Below, piece by piece: positions 62,481-64,000 of a stretch of DNA of 64,000 nucleotides (within the stretch, counting starts at the first letter, position 1; every line of letters begins with the position of its first letter). This DNA is from Confluentibacter lentus. GTDB lineage: Bacteria; Bacteroidota; Bacteroidia; Flavobacteriales; Flavobacteriaceae. The DNA lies in NCBI RefSeq assembly GCF_002806995.1, contig NZ_NIHE01000002.1, forward strand, positions 526,778 to 590,777, given 5' to 3'. The position numbers and the translations under genes were made by a program. The notes under the pieces were generated by a model. It ran no database searches. It saw only the letters and a program-made list of their open reading frames with translations, and was not told the origin of the DNA.

Positions 62481-63229
62481 AACATCTTCAGTTCAAATTC
62501 TTCCCCATCAAAAACACCATACGTATAATACGTAATCCAATCCCCAAGATTGATGTATTTAGAAGTATCATTTAATTGAATTTCCAAAGGTAAATGGCGG
62601 TGACCAAACACAAAATAATCGCGGTGTTTGCTTTCTAATTTCTTTTTGCTGTACTGTGCCAACCACTCTTTATCTTCGCCTAAAAAGGTAGCATCATCTT
62701 CACCAGAAATCAATTTATTTTTTACCGATAAATATTGAGCAATGCGCATACCAATATCTGGATGTGCCCATCGAAACACCCATCTAAAAAACGGATTGGT
62801 AAATACTTTTTTCATGCGCTTGTACCCTTTGTCCCCAGGGCCTAAACCATCACCATGACCAATAAAAAAGACCTTGTCATTAAACGTGAATTCTTGTGGT
62901 TTATGATAAACGGGAATGTTAAGTTCTTCTTCAAAATAGCCATGCATCCATAAATCATGATTGCCGACAAAATAATAAATGGGGATTCCAGAATCACTAA
63001 TTTCTGCCAATTTACCCAAGGTTCTGGTAAAGCCTTTTGGCACTACTTTTTTATATTCAAACCAAAAATCGAACAAATCCCCTAAAAGGAAAATAGCCGC
63101 CGCATCGTGTTTTATGGTATCTAACCAAGCAACAAACTTTTTTTCACGCGGACGCGAAGCTTCTGTGGTTGGAGCCCCTAAATGATTATCGGATGCGAAG
63201 TATATTTTCTTGCCTTCAGGTATTTGCAT
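62477..63229 (-). CDS. lpxH: UDP-2,3-diacylglucosamine diphosphatase-like metallophosphoesterase
   Basis: 250 aa. Calcineurin-like motifs DNH (ASDNHLG), GDLFD, GNHD. Confidence 0.7.
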   Translation of the reverse strand: MQIPEGKKIYFASDNHLGAPTTEASRPREKKFVAWLDTIKHDAAAIFLLGDLFDFWFEYKKVVPKGFTRTLGKLAEISDSGIPIYYFVGNHDLWMHGYFEEELNIPVYHKPQEFTFNDKVFFIGHGDGLGPGDKGYKRMKKVFTNPFFRWVFRWAHPDIGMRIAQYLSVKNKLISGEDDATFLGEDKEWLAQYSKKKLESKHRDYFVFGHRHLPLEIQLNDTSKYINLGDWITYYTYGVFDGEEFELKMF

Positions 63230-63258
63230 GATGTAAATATAGAAAATGTTTTTTTGCG

Positions 63259-63711
63259 TTAAGCATTATCTGAAGCATACCATTCGGCAAACGATGTTTC
63301 GGTTTCTTGAAGTTTTAATGAATGTAATTTTATATGACTCGGTAAACGCTTGACTATTTTATTTGAAAAATCAATCACCATCATTTCGCTAGTTGGCTGA
63401 TAATTTACCAATAGTACGTTGTGCCCTCGATTTTCTAATTCTTTGGCGAGTTCAACATGAGGCGTATTTTTATTAAAAACAGTGGCATGATCAAACACAT
63501 CAACAATCTCTTCCTTAACGATTTTCTTTAAATCGCTAAAATCAATCACCATTCCAAACTTAACATGACTAGTATCTGTAATGGGCGTTCCAATAACGGT
63601 TACCGACAGCTTATAACTGTGTCCGTGCACGTTTTTACACTTGCCATCGTAACCATAAAGGGCATGACCTGTTTCAAAAGAAAATTGTTTTGTAATGCGT
63701 ATGTGACTCAT
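63259..63711 (-). CDS. queD: 6-carboxytetrahydropterin / 6-pyruvoyl-tetrahydropterin synthase family protein
   Basis: FSFETGHALYGYDGKCKNVHGHSYKLSVTV carries the Zn-binding His triad context of the QueD/PTPS family. I place the start at MSHIRIT. Confidence 0.75.
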   Translation of the reverse strand: MSHIRITKQFSFETGHALYGYDGKCKNVHGHSYKLSVTVIGTPITDTSHVKFGMVIDFSDLKKIVKEEIVDVFDHATVFNKNTPHVELAKELENRGHNVLLVNYQPTSEMMVIDFSNKIVKRLPSHIKLHSLKLQETETSFAEWYASDNA

Positions 63712-63804
63712 CAAACTTGGATTTGTTTTGCAAAGATATTCATTTTGTAAAAGCAATTTGTTTTTAGATTACTTTTGGCTACTAATTGATATATATTATA
63801 TTGA

Positions 63805-64000
63805 ATGAGTCATCTTTTTGAGGATATTGATTTTGTTGAAAATCCGCTTTACGAAGCTATTATTACTGATATTTTATCTAAAAAATATAGCATTGTAGAG
63901 GATTTTTTTTCTGCGGAAGACGTTGCCGTTTTAAGGCAATCCTTACTTAAAAAGCATGAGGACAACGCTTTTAAAAAAGCGGCTATTGGCAATCGGTTTG
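63805..64000 (+). CDS. hypothetical protein, N-terminal fragment (possibly 2OG-Fe(II) oxygenase-like); continues beyond window
   Basis: The ORF is open from the ATG at ~63805 (MSHLFEDIDFVENPLYEAII...). Too short to assign. Confidence 0.35.
   Translation, partial: MSHLFEDIDFVENPLYEAIITDILSKKYSIVEDFFSAEDVAVLRQSLLKKHEDNAFKKAAIGNRF

Overview
This window is a low-GC chromosomal segment of a Flavobacteriia-type Bacteroidota genome. Supporting signs: type IX secretion (T9SS) C-terminal sorting domains, GEVED and propeller surface proteins, Bacteroidetes-style TAnnTTTG promoters, and flavobacterial gene neighbourhoods such as panD-panC, a short glycogen-synthase-like gene, a DUF4270-like gene and glmS. 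It is densely coding, roughly 55 genes, and is mostly housekeeping: ileS (partial), radA, panD/panC, glmS, atpD/atpC, umuC/umuD-like, recX, recO, gdhA, feoA/feoB, a SCO protein, rseP, tRNA-Asn, asd, mscL, alr, tdk, rsmI, recJ, an lpxH-like gene and queD. Interspersed are two TonB-dependent receptors, three T9SS-sorted surface proteins, an NfeD-flotillin pair, an ApbE-DUF2271 fusion with a PepSY-TM partner, and a MocR-type regulator divergent from a BtuB-like receptor. The most unusual element is a solitary 400-aa gene at 22069-23271. It has an N-terminal Mrr-like PD-(D/E)xK restriction-nuclease core and an unassignable C-terminal domain, and it sits between the atp operon terminator and a sugar permease. 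I propose it as a candidate modification-dependent restriction or single-gene defence protein. Other notable points: a prolyl oligopeptidase gene whose lipoprotein signal peptide is cut off by an in-frame TAA, and an EntS-like MFS transporter split by a frameshift in a G-run. There is also an unannotated 45-aa FeoB-associated Cys-rich peptide gene, a 36-bp perfect palindrome upstream of a TonB-receptor/SGNH-lipoprotein operon, and a triple-repeat hairpin element between convergent genes. No CRISPR array, integrase, transposase or rRNA was seen. All coordinates derived by hand may be off by 1-2 nt.
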